Below the pieces are notes generated by a model. It worked only from the letters and a program-made list of their open reading frames with translations, was not told the origin of the DNA and searched no databases. A DNA stretch of 64,000 bases from contig CAXXLL010000003.1 of the NCBI GenBank assembly GCA_963662545.2, forward strand, positions 2,016,001 to 2,080,000, given 5' to 3'. The translations under genes were made by a program, and so were the position numbers. Of this stretch, positions 1 to 10,471 are shown in pieces (within the stretch, counting starts at the first letter, position 1; the number at the start of each line of letters is the position of its first letter). The stretch comes from Gammaproteobacteria bacterium. GTDB taxonomy: Bacteria > Pseudomonadota > Gammaproteobacteria > Ga0077536.

Positions 1-669
1 TATCAATGGCGCGTCTCGGAAATCGCCGCTGCCGATGCCGATGTCGTCCAACTCGGTACCAAGCGCGGCAAGGCCATTCATACCGTGCGAACGGATCAAA
101 TGCGTCTGCTGTACGCCGTTAAAACGGGCATTGAGGAAGCAGCCGAACTCAAAGTGATCCTCATCATCGTCGACGGCGATCTGCCGAACGCGTTCGCCGG
201 GAAGGGGCAGCGCAGCGAAAACGTTGTTGGTATCAGTTTTGGGATGCTCGAAATCCTGGGTAGGGATCCGCACGCCGCGGCGGCGCTGATAGGCCACGAG
301 ATAGCGCACCTCAAACTCGAACACGGGGAAAGCCAGCAAGCCAAGACCGCCACAGCCGGTATTCTGAGCGTCATCGGCGGCGTGGTCTTGAGTGGCCTCG
401 GCGTTTCCGGAGGGCAGACGATTTCCAGCCTCACCTTCGCCGCAATTCAGTCCGGCTACAGTCGGGATAACGAACGGGAGGCGGATTATCTGGGCACGAT
501 ATGGGCGGTGGAGGCGGGCTTCGAAGCAGACGGTGGGGCGCGCCTGCACGAAGCGATGAACCGGATACCGGGCGCATCTTCGACCTCATTTTTTTCGACC
601 CATCCGTCGGGGCCCGAACGCGTCGCAACTTTGCGCGCACTGGCGGCGCGCTTGTCGCGCCTGCCGTGA
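1..669 (+). CDS. M48-family Zn metallopeptidase (5' partial)
   Basis: HEIAH (HExxH), EREADY and STHP motifs; frame is open back to base 1. Confidence 0.85.
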   Translation, partial: YQWRVSEIAAADADVVQLGTKRGKAIHTVRTDQMRLLYAVKTGIEEAAELKVILIIVDGDLPNAFAGKGQRSENVVGISFGMLEILGRDPHAAAALIGHEIAHLKLEHGESQQAKTATAGILSVIGGVVLSGLGVSGGQTISSLTFAAIQSGYSRDNEREADYLGTIWAVEAGFEADGGARLHEAMNRIPGASSTSFFSTHPSGPERVATLRALAARLSRLP

Positions 670-687
670 TTCGTTGGAAGAGCGCGC

Positions 688-1863
688 TTAATCTTTAACG
701 GTAAACTCAAAAGGCCATTGATGCAGCGACTCGCCACCGCCCGTCGTGACGCGGTTCAAGTCGCCGACGAAAATGCCCGCCGTGATATCCGGCGAGCACG
801 GGCTGGGCTCAATCATAATGAGTTGGTTCTCCTCGAATGGCACATCGAGCTCCGCGGTCCACACCTTCGATCCGGGCAGGTCGGCGAAGGGCGGGATGAT
901 GCGCTGGCCCCAGCCGTGGATCGTCGGGCATTGCACTGAATAGCCCAGGTCGAGAAATTTCTGCGATACTTTGAGCACGTCGCGCGCGGTGTTGCCCGGT
1001 ACCAGGACTTCCTGTACCCCGTAGTAAACCTCTTGCGCCCGATCGAAAAAATCGCGGTAGCGCTGCGGGGGTTTACCCAGCGCGAGCGGCCTCGCGATCT
1101 GTCCCGCATATCCGTGATAAGCGCCGCTGATCTCGGTCATGATGATGTCGCCTTTGTGCACGGTCCGCCCGGACGGCAGGCCGAAAGGATACGGGCAGCT
1201 CGGGTTCTCCATCGGGGTCGACCCGATCCAGGAAAAATAGAACACGCCGTTGGGTTGCGAAAGATAGGCCTGGTGTATCGCAGCATAGATCTGGCTGTCG
1301 GTCTTGCCCGGCTCGGCAGCCTCGATATAGGCCGCAACGCCGAGATCACTGTACGCCGCGCCTTTGCGAAACCACTCGAGTTCCTCCTCACTCGGAATTT
1401 TCATCAAGGCGTGCATGGCGAAAGTAAAATTCTCCAAGGAATCTTCGCCGAATGCCGCCGCAAACTCCTCGTAATGACCGTGGGGAATGGAACTCGTGAT
1501 GACATCCTCGCCCACGAGGCCGATTTTTCCCTCGTCGCCTCCATTTTCTCTGATGCAGGCGATCGGGCCATCGGGTCCGAGCGACCAGCGCACGTCGTCC
1601 ACGTTCGAGATCGCACGTCCACCCGGGATAAACGAATAGATCAACATGAACAGCGTCGGCTCACCCTTGAGCGGAAACACGAGATAGGCCGGTAGATAGG
1701 AGATCAGGTTGCTGAGGTAATGGAGGTTTTTCTGGTTGCCGACGCTGTAACTGCCCGCATAGATCACCAGGCATGAAACACCCTGCCGTTCCATCTCCGC
1801 CCTGATCGCGCGGTGACGCCGGTCATATTCCTCCTCGGAGAACCTAGGATAATGGGGCCGCAT
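688..1863 (-). CDS. M24-family (Xaa-Pro aminopeptidase/creatinase-like) hydrolase
   Basis: Creatinase-like N-terminus (FSEEEYDRRHRAIR), KIPSEEEL, GDII, IHGWG, MIEP; metal ligands are atypical. Confidence 0.8.
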   Translation of the reverse strand: MRPHYPRFSEEEYDRRHRAIRAEMERQGVSCLVIYAGSYSVGNQKNLHYLSNLISYLPAYLVFPLKGEPTLFMLIYSFIPGGRAISNVDDVRWSLGPDGPIACIRENGGDEGKIGLVGEDVITSSIPHGHYEEFAAAFGEDSLENFTFAMHALMKIPSEEELEWFRKGAAYSDLGVAAYIEAAEPGKTDSQIYAAIHQAYLSQPNGVFYFSWIGSTPMENPSCPYPFGLPSGRTVHKGDIIMTEISGAYHGYAGQIARPLALGKPPQRYRDFFDRAQEVYYGVQEVLVPGNTARDVLKVSQKFLDLGYSVQCPTIHGWGQRIIPPFADLPGSKVWTAELDVPFEENQLIMIEPSPCSPDITAGIFVGDLNRVTTGGGESLHQWPFEFTVKD

Positions 1864-2237
1864 CGCGGCCTGTATGCGTTCAAGACCGGCTTCGGGATCC
1901 GGCCTCCGTTAGCGCCGGTTCGGCCCGCGCGTGACGTACCATTGTGACATCAACGCTTCAGTCCAATAAGGGGCACCCACGATTCAATTCGCGATAAGCG
2001 CTTGAAATCGACGGTTCTGCGGAGTCACGGATAGTGGGCGCAGTGCTTTGCAATCAAGTACCTTAGCCGTAGAAACTTGTACTCGATCTATCAGAATCAA
2101 ACTCTGGGTTAAACCCGACCTGGCGCATACCTGTTTCACATACTCACTGGACTTGGCTGTTGAGCTTTCAACTCCGAGGTCTGCTTCGGGGAAGAGAGCG
2201 ATCATGCCTTGCTGCAACGCAATAGGCCGCTTCCGGC

Positions 2238-2398
2238 CGAGGCTGTGTAAAAAGTCCGAAATTCCGGCGCGCCGCGAAAAATTTCCCCACTCTTAGTGCA
2301 CTAAGCAGACGAATAAGGGACCGTCCTGCCAGGATTGATCGAATTTGATCGCGGTCTTCCCACTTTTCAAAATTGAAAATAGTTTTTACACAGCCTCG
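2238..2398. mobile_element. 161-bp MITE with IS1182/IS5-like terminal inverted repeats
   Basis: CGAGGCTGTGTAAAAA ... TTTTTACACAGCCTCG perfect 16-bp TIRs, no transposase inside. Confidence 0.7.
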
Positions 2399-2670
2399 AC
2401 CCTGTGACCCATAACGTCGGTGCAAACATAGCTGTGGATGCGGTAGCCGGGGATGGCCGCTTACGAGGGCATTGCAGACGTAATCTAGAGCTGTGCTGCC
2501 GCGATCAGGCCGCTGTCGACCCCATGAAGCGGACATCCGCACCGCGACTTGATACAGCCTCTCAATTCGGCTAAAAAGGCTAGTTATTCTTCTATACTCG
2601 TGGACATCTTTTCAGGTGTGGCGCTATCCTCGATAGTGCTTTGTTGTCAATCGAATATGAGGAATTCAAC

Positions 2671-3840
2671 ATGGCTGCGAACTTAAAAGACAACACGTCG
2701 AAAATCAGCTATGACCCCGCAGAGCTCGGGTATAGCGTGGTGAACGACGCACCCGAGGTGAACAAAACTCATAAATCCGGTGAGGTCTACTTCTCGGAAG
2801 AGATCATGCAACGGGAGATCGAAGAGATCTTCATGAAGGAGTGGTTACTTGTTGGTCGCGCGGAAGAAGTTGAAAACCCAGGCGACTATTTCACGCATCG
2901 CGTTGCCAACGAGCCCGTGGTCGTCGTCAAAGAACAGAACGGCAATATTCAAACGTTTGCGAACGTATGTCGGCATCGAGGTGTTCAGGTCGCGTGGAAT
3001 TCGGGCAATACAAAATACTTTTCCTGCCCCTATCATGGTTGGACATACGATACGAGCGGCAAGCTGGTCAATGCGAAGTTCATGGAGAAAGCTAAAAACT
3101 TCAAGAAGGAGAATTGCAGGCTGCCACGCATCAGAACGGAGCTATGGGAAGGTTTTATTTTCATCAATTTCGATGCGGAGGCGAGGCCTCTGATGGAAAA
3201 TCTCGAAAAATGGGATTTTCCGAGAATCTACGAACCCTACCAGATGGGGCGATTGAAACTTGCCAACAAATTTCAGATGGAGCTTTCCTGTAACTGGAAG
3301 TTTCTGAATGAAAACCTCACCGACATTTATCATATTGCGGTACTGCACACCGACACGTTCGGTCCACATCAACCGCTCGAAGGATACCGTTATCAGGTTT
3401 TCGACGGCGGGTATCACGGCAGGTTCGTGGGCGGCACTTTAGTCCCAGATGGCAAATCCCTGTTTGGTCCAATTCCCTGGCTGCCCGAGGAATTGCATAG
3501 CGGCGGCTTCTCCAGCCACATCCCGCCGCATGTGTCCTGGTTCCCGAGATTCGATTACGTCTCGGTGAACACGAACTGGCCGCTAACGGTCGATACGAGC
3601 CTGTCCATTACCTATCAGTTGTTCCCCCCGGAGCATTTCGATCAGCCCGATTTCCGGGAGAAGGCGCAGCAGTATGAAGATTTCTACAAAGCATTCATGA
3701 ATGAAGATACGGATATGATCAAAGCGTTGCAGATGGGGATAAAATCGCGCTATTACGAACCCGGCCCGGTATCTCCGTTCGAAGCTGGCGGCGTCATGAG
3801 CACGATAAAACACAGTGTGGACGATCTGGGACATGGCTGA
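2671..3840 (+). CDS. Rieske non-heme iron oxygenase alpha subunit
   Basis: CRHRG...CPYHGW Rieske motif; NWK..EN..D.YH....H and NEDTD mononuclear Fe ligands; ATG at 2671 follows GAGG. Confidence 0.92.
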   Translation: MAANLKDNTSKISYDPAELGYSVVNDAPEVNKTHKSGEVYFSEEIMQREIEEIFMKEWLLVGRAEEVENPGDYFTHRVANEPVVVVKEQNGNIQTFANVCRHRGVQVAWNSGNTKYFSCPYHGWTYDTSGKLVNAKFMEKAKNFKKENCRLPRIRTELWEGFIFINFDAEARPLMENLEKWDFPRIYEPYQMGRLKLANKFQMELSCNWKFLNENLTDIYHIAVLHTDTFGPHQPLEGYRYQVFDGGYHGRFVGGTLVPDGKSLFGPIPWLPEELHSGGFSSHIPPHVSWFPRFDYVSVNTNWPLTVDTSLSITYQLFPPEHFDQPDFREKAQQYEDFYKAFMNEDTDMIKALQMGIKSRYYEPGPVSPFEAGGVMSTIKHSVDDLGHG

Positions 3841-3879
3841 AACCAAGTATTGCCGGGCAAGCGGTAACGGAGCTAGGCG

Positions 3880-4926
3880 ATGAGTAATGGTGGCGATGTA
3901 GGTCCTGATCTCGCCCGCGCAGCGTTGCTGTTAGTGCGCGACATGATGTGCATCGTCGAAGGCGAGCACGTGCTGATCACGGCGGACATCAACACCGAGA
4001 AACGCGCCGTCGACGCCTTGGTCAATGCGTCCTACAGCTTAGGCACAAGAGTCGCCAGTATGACGCTGGCGCCGCCCTTGCCGTTTCAAGGCGGCCTCGC
4101 GAATCCCTATATGCCGGATCCCGTCACAGCAGCCGCGCAGAATTGTGATGCCTGGATCGATCTATGCATGCCCTACATCGCCGGCGCCGCGGTCTACGAC
4201 ACGGCGATGAAAAATGGCCGCACCCGCTATTTTTTAGCGGCCGACATCGGCGCGGGGGGCATCATCCGCATTTTCAGCAAGGCCGATCTGGACCAGGTGT
4301 TCGTGGTCTCCGACTTATTCAATGCACTGCTCGCTGAATCGGCCGGCAAACAATGCCGCTTCACCACGCCCTTGGGCACCGATGTCAGCTTCCAACTCGC
4401 CGATCCCGAGGGTCTGGCCATCGAGCGCGCGACCAAGCCGGGCGGCTACTTCGTCCCGGGCACCGTCATGGTGATCCCCGAGCTCGATACGGTAAAGGGC
4501 ACGGTGATCTGCGAGTCGACGTTCCATGAGTACTACACTGCGCTGGAAGAACCCTACCGGTTCGAAGTGGACGGCAAGATTCAATCGGTCAGCGGCGGCG
4601 GTACCGAATTGAAAGCCATCGACCGTTCACTCAAACGTGCGGGTAACGGTGAATATGGCAATATCGTCCACTTTACCTGCGGCTATCATCCGGCCGCCCG
4701 GTTTACCGGCAAGTCATTCATCGAAGATCAGCGGGTCATCGGCTGCAATGCGGTCGGCCTGGGCCTGCCGCAGTGGGTGGAAGGCGGCGGCGAAAATCAC
4801 CCGGATTGCGTCATGAAGGAGCAGTCGTTTTGGATCGGCGACGAACAGATCATCGACCGTGGTGTGATCGTGGCGCCGCCCGATCTGGCCGAGGCCACCC
4901 AGAAACTACAGCCCGTTTACGGCTAG
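3880..4926 (+). CDS. M29/leucyl-aminopeptidase-fold protein, NicX (2,5-dihydroxypyridine dioxygenase)-like
   Basis: Size of 348 aa, C-terminal VHFTCG..P.A and NHPD (His...HxD triad pattern), maleate isomerase in the same operon. Confidence 0.6.
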   Translation: MSNGGDVGPDLARAALLLVRDMMCIVEGEHVLITADINTEKRAVDALVNASYSLGTRVASMTLAPPLPFQGGLANPYMPDPVTAAAQNCDAWIDLCMPYIAGAAVYDTAMKNGRTRYFLAADIGAGGIIRIFSKADLDQVFVVSDLFNALLAESAGKQCRFTTPLGTDVSFQLADPEGLAIERATKPGGYFVPGTVMVIPELDTVKGTVICESTFHEYYTALEEPYRFEVDGKIQSVSGGGTELKAIDRSLKRAGNGEYGNIVHFTCGYHPAARFTGKSFIEDQRVIGCNAVGLGLPQWVEGGGENHPDCVMKEQSFWIGDEQIIDRGVIVAPPDLAEATQKLQPVYG

Positions 4927-4983
4927 CGCCAATCGTGTGCGTCCAAAGGATGCGGACGTACTCGCAGATTGCGGAGCACGTGA

Positions 4984-5988
4984 ATGAACGATGATTCCTA
5001 TCAAACCTTTCATGCCGGCGACGTCACCTTGGAGTCGGGCGCGACCTTATCTGATGCCCGGATTGCCTATCGATCATTCGGCACGCTCAATGCGGCCAAA
5101 GACAATGCGATCATTATGCCGACGCATTACGGCGGCACGCATGAACACAGTCTTTATCTAACCGGGGAAGGGCGTGCGCTCGATCCTGACAAGTATTTCA
5201 TCGTCATCGTTAATCTCATCGGCAATGGGGTCTCCTCCTCGCCGAGTCATGGCCTAGGCGCGGACTTTCCGCTCGTGACGATCGCCGACAATGTCCGGCT
5301 GCAACACCGCTTGCTGACTGAAGAATACGGTGTCACCAAGCTGGCATTGGCAGTGGGGTTCTCCATGGGGGCCGTGCAGGCCTACCACTGGGCGGCCTTG
5401 TTTCCGGATTTTGTCGAGCGTGCCGGGGCGATCTGCGGTTCTGCGAGGATATCGCGCCACAACGTCGTGTTTCTCGAAGGAATGCGCGGTATTTTGACTG
5501 CCGATCCGGCATGGCAGGGCGGCCGCTACGAATCGCAGCCGCTAGTGGGCATAAGGGCGATGGCGCGCGCCTGGGCGGCGTGGCCGCCGTCGGCGCATTT
5601 TTATCGGCACGCGCTGTACGAAAAGCTCGGATACACTTCCCTTGACGATTTTCTCGACCGCTATTGGGAAGCCACCTTCTGTAGCATCGATGCGAATAAT
5701 TTGCTGGCGCAAATCGCAACCTGGCAGTCGGCGGATATCAGCAATAACGAGAGCCATCAAGGTGATTTCGAGCGGGCCCTGGCTTCGATCAAGGCCAAAA
5801 TCTTCGTCATGCCGTGCGTCAACGATGCGTATTTTCCACCGGAAGACAGCGAGATCGAAGTCAGCCACATGACGAACGCGGAATATCGACCCATTCACTC
5901 GCAGTGGGGACACTGGGCCGGCTCCGGGCGCAATCCCGAGGACACCGCGTTCATCGACGACCAAATCACAGAACTACTAGCACAATAG
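4984..5988 (+). CDS. Alpha/beta hydrolase, homoserine O-acetyltransferase (MetX)-like fold
   Basis: GTLNAAKDNA, GNGVSSSPS, GFSMG nucleophile elbow, D and GH catalytic residues. Confidence 0.85.
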   Translation: MNDDSYQTFHAGDVTLESGATLSDARIAYRSFGTLNAAKDNAIIMPTHYGGTHEHSLYLTGEGRALDPDKYFIVIVNLIGNGVSSSPSHGLGADFPLVTIADNVRLQHRLLTEEYGVTKLALAVGFSMGAVQAYHWAALFPDFVERAGAICGSARISRHNVVFLEGMRGILTADPAWQGGRYESQPLVGIRAMARAWAAWPPSAHFYRHALYEKLGYTSLDDFLDRYWEATFCSIDANNLLAQIATWQSADISNNESHQGDFERALASIKAKIFVMPCVNDAYFPPEDSEIEVSHMTNAEYRPIHSQWGHWAGSGRNPEDTAFIDDQITELLAQ

Positions 5989-5997
5989 ATCAAGCTT

Positions 5998-7299
5998 ATG
6001 GATCTCACTATATTGACGGCGACGGAGGCTGCGGCGCTGATCGCGAAAAAGGAGGTGAGCTCGGTCGAACTGACACGCGCATGCCTCGACCGCATCGAAC
6101 TGCGTAATCCCGATGTGTGCGCTTTCTGTCATCTAGATCCGGAATTCTCGCTGGCCGAGGCTGCCAAAGCAGACGGTGAACCGCCGCGATCACCATTGCA
6201 TGGGGTGCCGTTCGCGGTCAAGGACGTCATCGACACCAAGGATTTTCCGACCGAACTCGGCACGCCGATCCACGCGGGGCGCAGGCCGACCGAGGACGCG
6301 AATTGCGTCAGCCTGATGCGCGACGCCGGCGCTGTGCTGTTGGGTAAGGTGGTTTCGACCGAGTACGCGCTTTACAAGCCGAACGAGACGCGCCATCCGA
6401 TGAACCTCGAACACACCCCCGGCGGTTCTTCGAGCGGCACCGGGGCCGCGGTCTGCGATCGCATGGTGCCGATCGCCTTCGGAAACCAGACAGCGGGATC
6501 GCTGATACGTCCGGCGGCGTTTTGCGGTGTCTACGGTTTGAAACCGACCCACGGGACGACCGACGGCACCGGCATCCTGCCGCTGCAGCTCTATTTCGAC
6601 ACGCTCGGCTACATGGCGCGCTCGATCGCCGATCTCCAGGCGTTCTACGGTGTGGTGTCGACACAGAATCAGACGATGTAGTGGCCGCAGGGCAAACGGC
6701 CGCGGATCGGCCTGTGCAGGACCTGGCAATGGGAATTCGCTGAACCCGAATCCCGTGACATCCTCGAGGCGGCTGCCGAGCAGTTCGGGACGCTCGGCGC
6801 CGACGTCGAGACCTTCGAATTACCCGCGGCGTACGCCGACCTCGTCGCAGTTCATCGCCGTATCCTCTACAAGGGCATTGCGAAATCACTCGATGCCGAC
6901 TACCAGACAGCCCGCGATCAAATGAGCGAGAAAGTCCTGGAGATCATCGAGGAAGGGCGGGCCACGACCGAGGAACAGTATGTCGAGGCCCATGCGCACG
7001 CCGATCAATGCCGTGATTCGGTGAACGAATGCTTCGGCGAGTTCGATGCGGTGATCGCGCCGAGTGCGCCGGGGGAGGCCCCGCCTGGCATGGCGACCGG
7101 TGATCCGATCTTCCAGGTGAGCTGGACCCTGCTCGGGGTGCCGTGCCTGAACCTGCCCGTTGGTTTCGGTCCGCATGCTCTGCCGCTCGGTGTTCAGTTG
7201 ATCGGCCGCCGTCACGACGATGCGCGGGTGCTGGCGCTCGGCCAACGCCTCATGCGGGAATTTCAGCCGCTCGAAGCCCGGCAGGTGGCCAATGTCTAA
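5998..7299 (+). pseudogene. Amidase-signature family amidase with an in-frame TAG at 6679-6681
   Basis: VKD, PGGSSSG, GNQTAGS; the same frame continues without stops after TAG to WTLLGVPCLNLP...LPLGVQLIG. Confidence 0.85.
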
Positions 7300-7606
7300 T
7301 ATCACGCCGTTCGGCCGGGACGAACTGGAGCCCGGCGACATCCGGCAGGTGGAGATCGAAGGCCGCGACGCAATCGCCATCTACAACCTGGACGTCGAGT
7401 ATTTCGCGACGGATGACACCTGCACTCACGGTGCCGCATCGCTGTCGGAGGGCGAAATCGACGGCGAGGAGGTGATCTGCCCGTTTCACTTGGGCTCGTT
7501 TAATATCCGCTCCGGCGAGGCTGTCGTCGAGCCCTATGTCAAAGCGGTGCGAACCTACCCGGTGCGGATCGAGGACGGCATGCTCTACGTCGAGATCGAC
7601 CCATGA
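7292..7606 (+). CDS. Rieske-type [2Fe-2S] ferredoxin
   Basis: CTH...SLSEG...CPFH; overlaps the amidase stop. Confidence 0.9.
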   Translation: MSNITPFGRDELEPGDIRQVEIEGRDAIAIYNLDVEYFATDDTCTHGAASLSEGEIDGEEVICPFHLGSFNIRSGEAVVEPYVKAVRTYPVRIEDGMLYVEIDP

Positions 7607-8364
7607 GCGACCGACGGGTCTTCCGCATCGGGCAAATCGTTCCCAGTTCCAATACGACGATGGAAACGGAGGTGCCGGCGATGCTGCAGCGTGCCGCCGT
7701 GCCGGCGTCGGTGGGGTTCAGTTTTCATTCGAGCCGCGCGCCGATGAAAACAGTGGCTAAAGACGAACTTAGCGCGATGAACGGACACATGGTCCGCTGC
7801 GCGCGCGAACTGACCGATGCGCGCATGGACGTGATCGCCTCCGCCTGTCTAGTGGCCATTATGTGTCACGGACCGGGCTACCATCGCGAGACCGAGCGTT
7901 CGCTCCGCGCCGTGTGCCGCGAAGACGCGCCCGAGACGGCGATAGTGACCAGCGCAGGTGCGCTCATCGACGCCTTGAAGGCGCTCGGCGCGAACAAGAT
8001 TGCCGTCATCACGCCGTACATGAAAAGTTTGACGGAACTCGTAACCTGCTATATCGAGAGCGAAGGCATTGAAGTACTCGACGCCATCTCGCTCGAGATC
8101 CCGAATAACCTCGACGTCGGCGCGCGCGACCCCCTGGCCCTGGTGGCAACGGTCAAGCAACTCTCGACCGCAAACGCCGACGCAGTGGTGTTATCGGCCT
8201 GTGTGCAGATGCCGTCCCTGGCCGCGCTCGACATCGTGCAGCAAACGCTCGACGTCCCGGTCTTATCGACCGCCGCAGCCACGGTATTCGAGATCCTGCG
8301 TGCGTTGAAACTGCCGACCGAAGTGCCGGCGGCCGGCGATTTACTGAGCGGCCGCTATGGCTGA
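7603..8364 (+). CDS. maiA: Maleate cis-trans isomerase (Asp/Glu racemase family)
   Basis: RIGQIVPSSNTTMETE, ACLVAIM, LSACVQMPS with two catalytic Cys. Confidence 0.85.
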   Translation: MSDRRVFRIGQIVPSSNTTMETEVPAMLQRAAVPASVGFSFHSSRAPMKTVAKDELSAMNGHMVRCARELTDARMDVIASACLVAIMCHGPGYHRETERSLRAVCREDAPETAIVTSAGALIDALKALGANKIAVITPYMKSLTELVTCYIESEGIEVLDAISLEIPNNLDVGARDPLALVATVKQLSTANADAVVLSACVQMPSLAALDIVQQTLDVPVLSTAAATVFEILRALKLPTEVPAAGDLLSGRYG

Positions 8365-8417
8365 AACCCTTTACTCGGCGGTCGATTCCGTGACTGCTCA
8401 TTGAAACCGTTCGAGGT

Positions 8418-8446
8418 GGCACGTGCCTCGATCCCAGGCATGTGCC
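8418..8446. terminator. Hairpin downstream of the catabolic operon
   Basis: GGCACGTGCCT-cgatccc-AGGCATGTGCC stem, but no U-tract. Confidence 0.35.
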
Positions 8447-8590
8447 GGGTAAGGGCTTGCTGGCCGACGACGCCTCGTTTAATCCGGTCGAAGATTTCCG
8501 TTAGCACGGAGCATTGCATTGGAAAATCAAATGGAATAAGGAATCCAGACAGAGGCAACATCTTTCTTGGTGAATGAGAGGAGCGCGAAT

Positions 8591-9031
8591 ATGACTATTT
8601 CACGCAAAGCACTGTGTGTTCTCTATGGACTGATAGGGATCGTGGCTCTGGTTGGCACCTGGGGCAACATATTGGAGTATCTACACGCCGGTTTTGTCGG
8701 CGCGACGATCCACTTTTGGAAAGAAACCCTCGTCAATCCTGCAAGTCGATTCATTACCGTGGATATTCTGTTTCTCGGTCTTACCGTGATCGTCTGGGCC
8801 GTACTGGAGGCACGTCGGCTTGAAATGCTCGGCGTATGGCTTTATGTGGTGTTCGGGTTACTCACCGCGATCAGCTTCACGATTCCCTTATTCATGATCC
8901 ATCGTGAACTGATATTGGCAGATCGCGATGCTTCACAAACTGTGGGAACGCTCGGCGTTGCCGACATGCTCGGCCTCTCAGTGTTAGGACTGGCGTTCAC
9001 AGCTTACTTGGTGCTTACACTAACCCTTTGA
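8591..9031 (+). CDS. Small multi-TM membrane protein (DUF2834-like)
   Basis: About four hydrophobic segments; NPASRFITVDI, EARRL, ISFTIPLF. Confidence 0.65.
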   Translation: MTISRKALCVLYGLIGIVALVGTWGNILEYLHAGFVGATIHFWKETLVNPASRFITVDILFLGLTVIVWAVLEARRLEMLGVWLYVVFGLLTAISFTIPLFMIHRELILADRDASQTVGTLGVADMLGLSVLGLAFTAYLVLTLTL

Positions 9032-9469
9032 GGCCCCGGCCAGAATCGTGCCCAGCACGCTGCCTCGCTGAACATCATGGCGAAAACGGGATTACGAGAA
9101 CTAATGGGAGCGCGGGTTCTACGGGGCGGGTTTGTAGATCCAAGGGGGTTTGACCGGCGCGTGTCAAGGCCTTGATTTGACTGACCACAGCATTTTGGCC
9201 GAAACCGGTACCACCGATACGGGCATTTGGGCTAAGGGTTGCGCGAAAAGACGGGGTATGTATTGAACGGAAACCGCCGTATGCGGGACATACCTCGGGA
9301 CTGAAATCGGGCCTTTACCCGCGGTCTTGGATGACAGTGCTAGATGGGCTATCTTCTGCGCCGCTAGCAGAGGCTCAACGCCGCAATTGGAGGGGTCCAA
9401 GACAGAGAACTCGCGGACGGGTCAGTTAAATAATTTATACCTATATCCGATTAGAAAGGCAGGGAATAT

Positions 9470-9576
9470 ATGCATATTAGAAAATACGATTTCGACTACA
9501 GCCGGCGCCACTTCATGGAGAAAGTGGCCAAAGGGACGGGCAGTGCCGGCGTTCTGTCAGCCTTATGGCCGCTAAT
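9470..9576 (+). pseudogene. 5' remnant of a Tat-exported protein truncated by IS3
   Basis: MHIRKYDFDYSRRHFMEKVAKGTGSAGVLSALWPLI contains a twin-Arg motif and ends at the IS terminus. Confidence 0.55.
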
Positions 9577-9607
9577 TGGTTCGGCCCCAGAATTTCGGAC
9601 CAGTTGA

Positions 9608-10471
9608 TTAGGTCTTCACTGCCTGCCTTTCAAAGTCTACCGGACTGGAATAGTCCAGGTAGCCATGACGCCGACATCGGTTGTAGAAACGCTCGATGTA
9701 GTCGAACACATCAGCCTTGGCGTCCTCTCGAGAAGCGTAAGTGCGTCGGCGAATGCGCTCGCGCTTGAGTAGCGCGAAAAAGCTTTCGACCGGTGCATTG
9801 TCGTAACAACTACCACGACCACTCATACTGCATTCGATCCCGTAACGCGCCAGTAGCGCTCGGAAGTCATCGCTGGTGTATTGCGGTCCACGGTCGGAAT
9901 GATGGAGCAACGGGGCGCTCGGCTGACGTTGCCCCAGCGCCATCTTCATCGCGTCCACCACCCGGTGTCGGCCGGTCCGCCGGTCCATCGACCAGCCCAC
10001 AATGCGTCGCGAATAGAGGTCCATCACTACCGCCAGGTACAGCCATCCCTGGCGTGTCGAGAGGTAGGTAATATCCGACGCCCAGCGCGCGTTGACCCGG
10101 CTGGCCTTGAAGTCCTGGTTGAGCAAGTTCGCTGCAACCGGGTAGCTCGGCGGGCGCTCAGCAAGCCGGCGAAATCGGCGCTTCGGACAACCTTTGAGTC
10201 CGGCATCGTGTATCAAGCGGGCCACTTTGTGCCGTCCGCAAGGCTCACCGAGCTCGGCCAGTTCGCGTTGCACCTTGCGTGCGCCGTAGACACCGCCACT
10301 CTCCAGGTGCAGGCCTCGGATCAGGGGTAACAGACGCCGGTCCCGGCGCTGTCTCGCACTCTCGCCACGACCGCACCAGTCGTAGTAACCGCTACGCGAG
10401 ACACGCAACAACCCGCACATCATCCTGACCGAGTGCTGGCGCCGCCGCCGGTGGATACAGCCGTATCTCAC
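9608..10471 (-). CDS. IS3 OrfB DDE transposase
   Basis: WASDITY, DLYSRRIVGW, HSDRGPQY, DNAPVESFF. Confidence 0.95.
   Translation of the reverse strand: MRYGCIHRRRRQHSVRMMCGLLRVSRSGYYDWCGRGESARQRRDRRLLPLIRGLHLESGGVYGARKVQRELAELGEPCGRHKVARLIHDAGLKGCPKRRFRRLAERPPSYPVAANLLNQDFKASRVNARWASDITYLSTRQGWLYLAVVMDLYSRRIVGWSMDRRTGRHRVVDAMKMALGQRQPSAPLLHHSDRGPQYTSDDFRALLARYGIECSMSGRGSCYDNAPVESFFALLKRERIRRRTYASREDAKADVFDYIERFYNRCRRHGYLDYSSPVDFERQAVKT

Noticed and set aside
2226-2540. Integron attC-like sites (GGCCGCTT.../...AAGCGGAC motifs around the MITE)
   Set aside because: No clear RYYYAAC/GTTRRRY pairs, no cassette array and no intI gene.
1984-2542. Short ORFs 1984-2217, 2048-2296 and 2168-2542
   Set aside because: No recognisable motifs or RBS, and two of them overlap the MITE.
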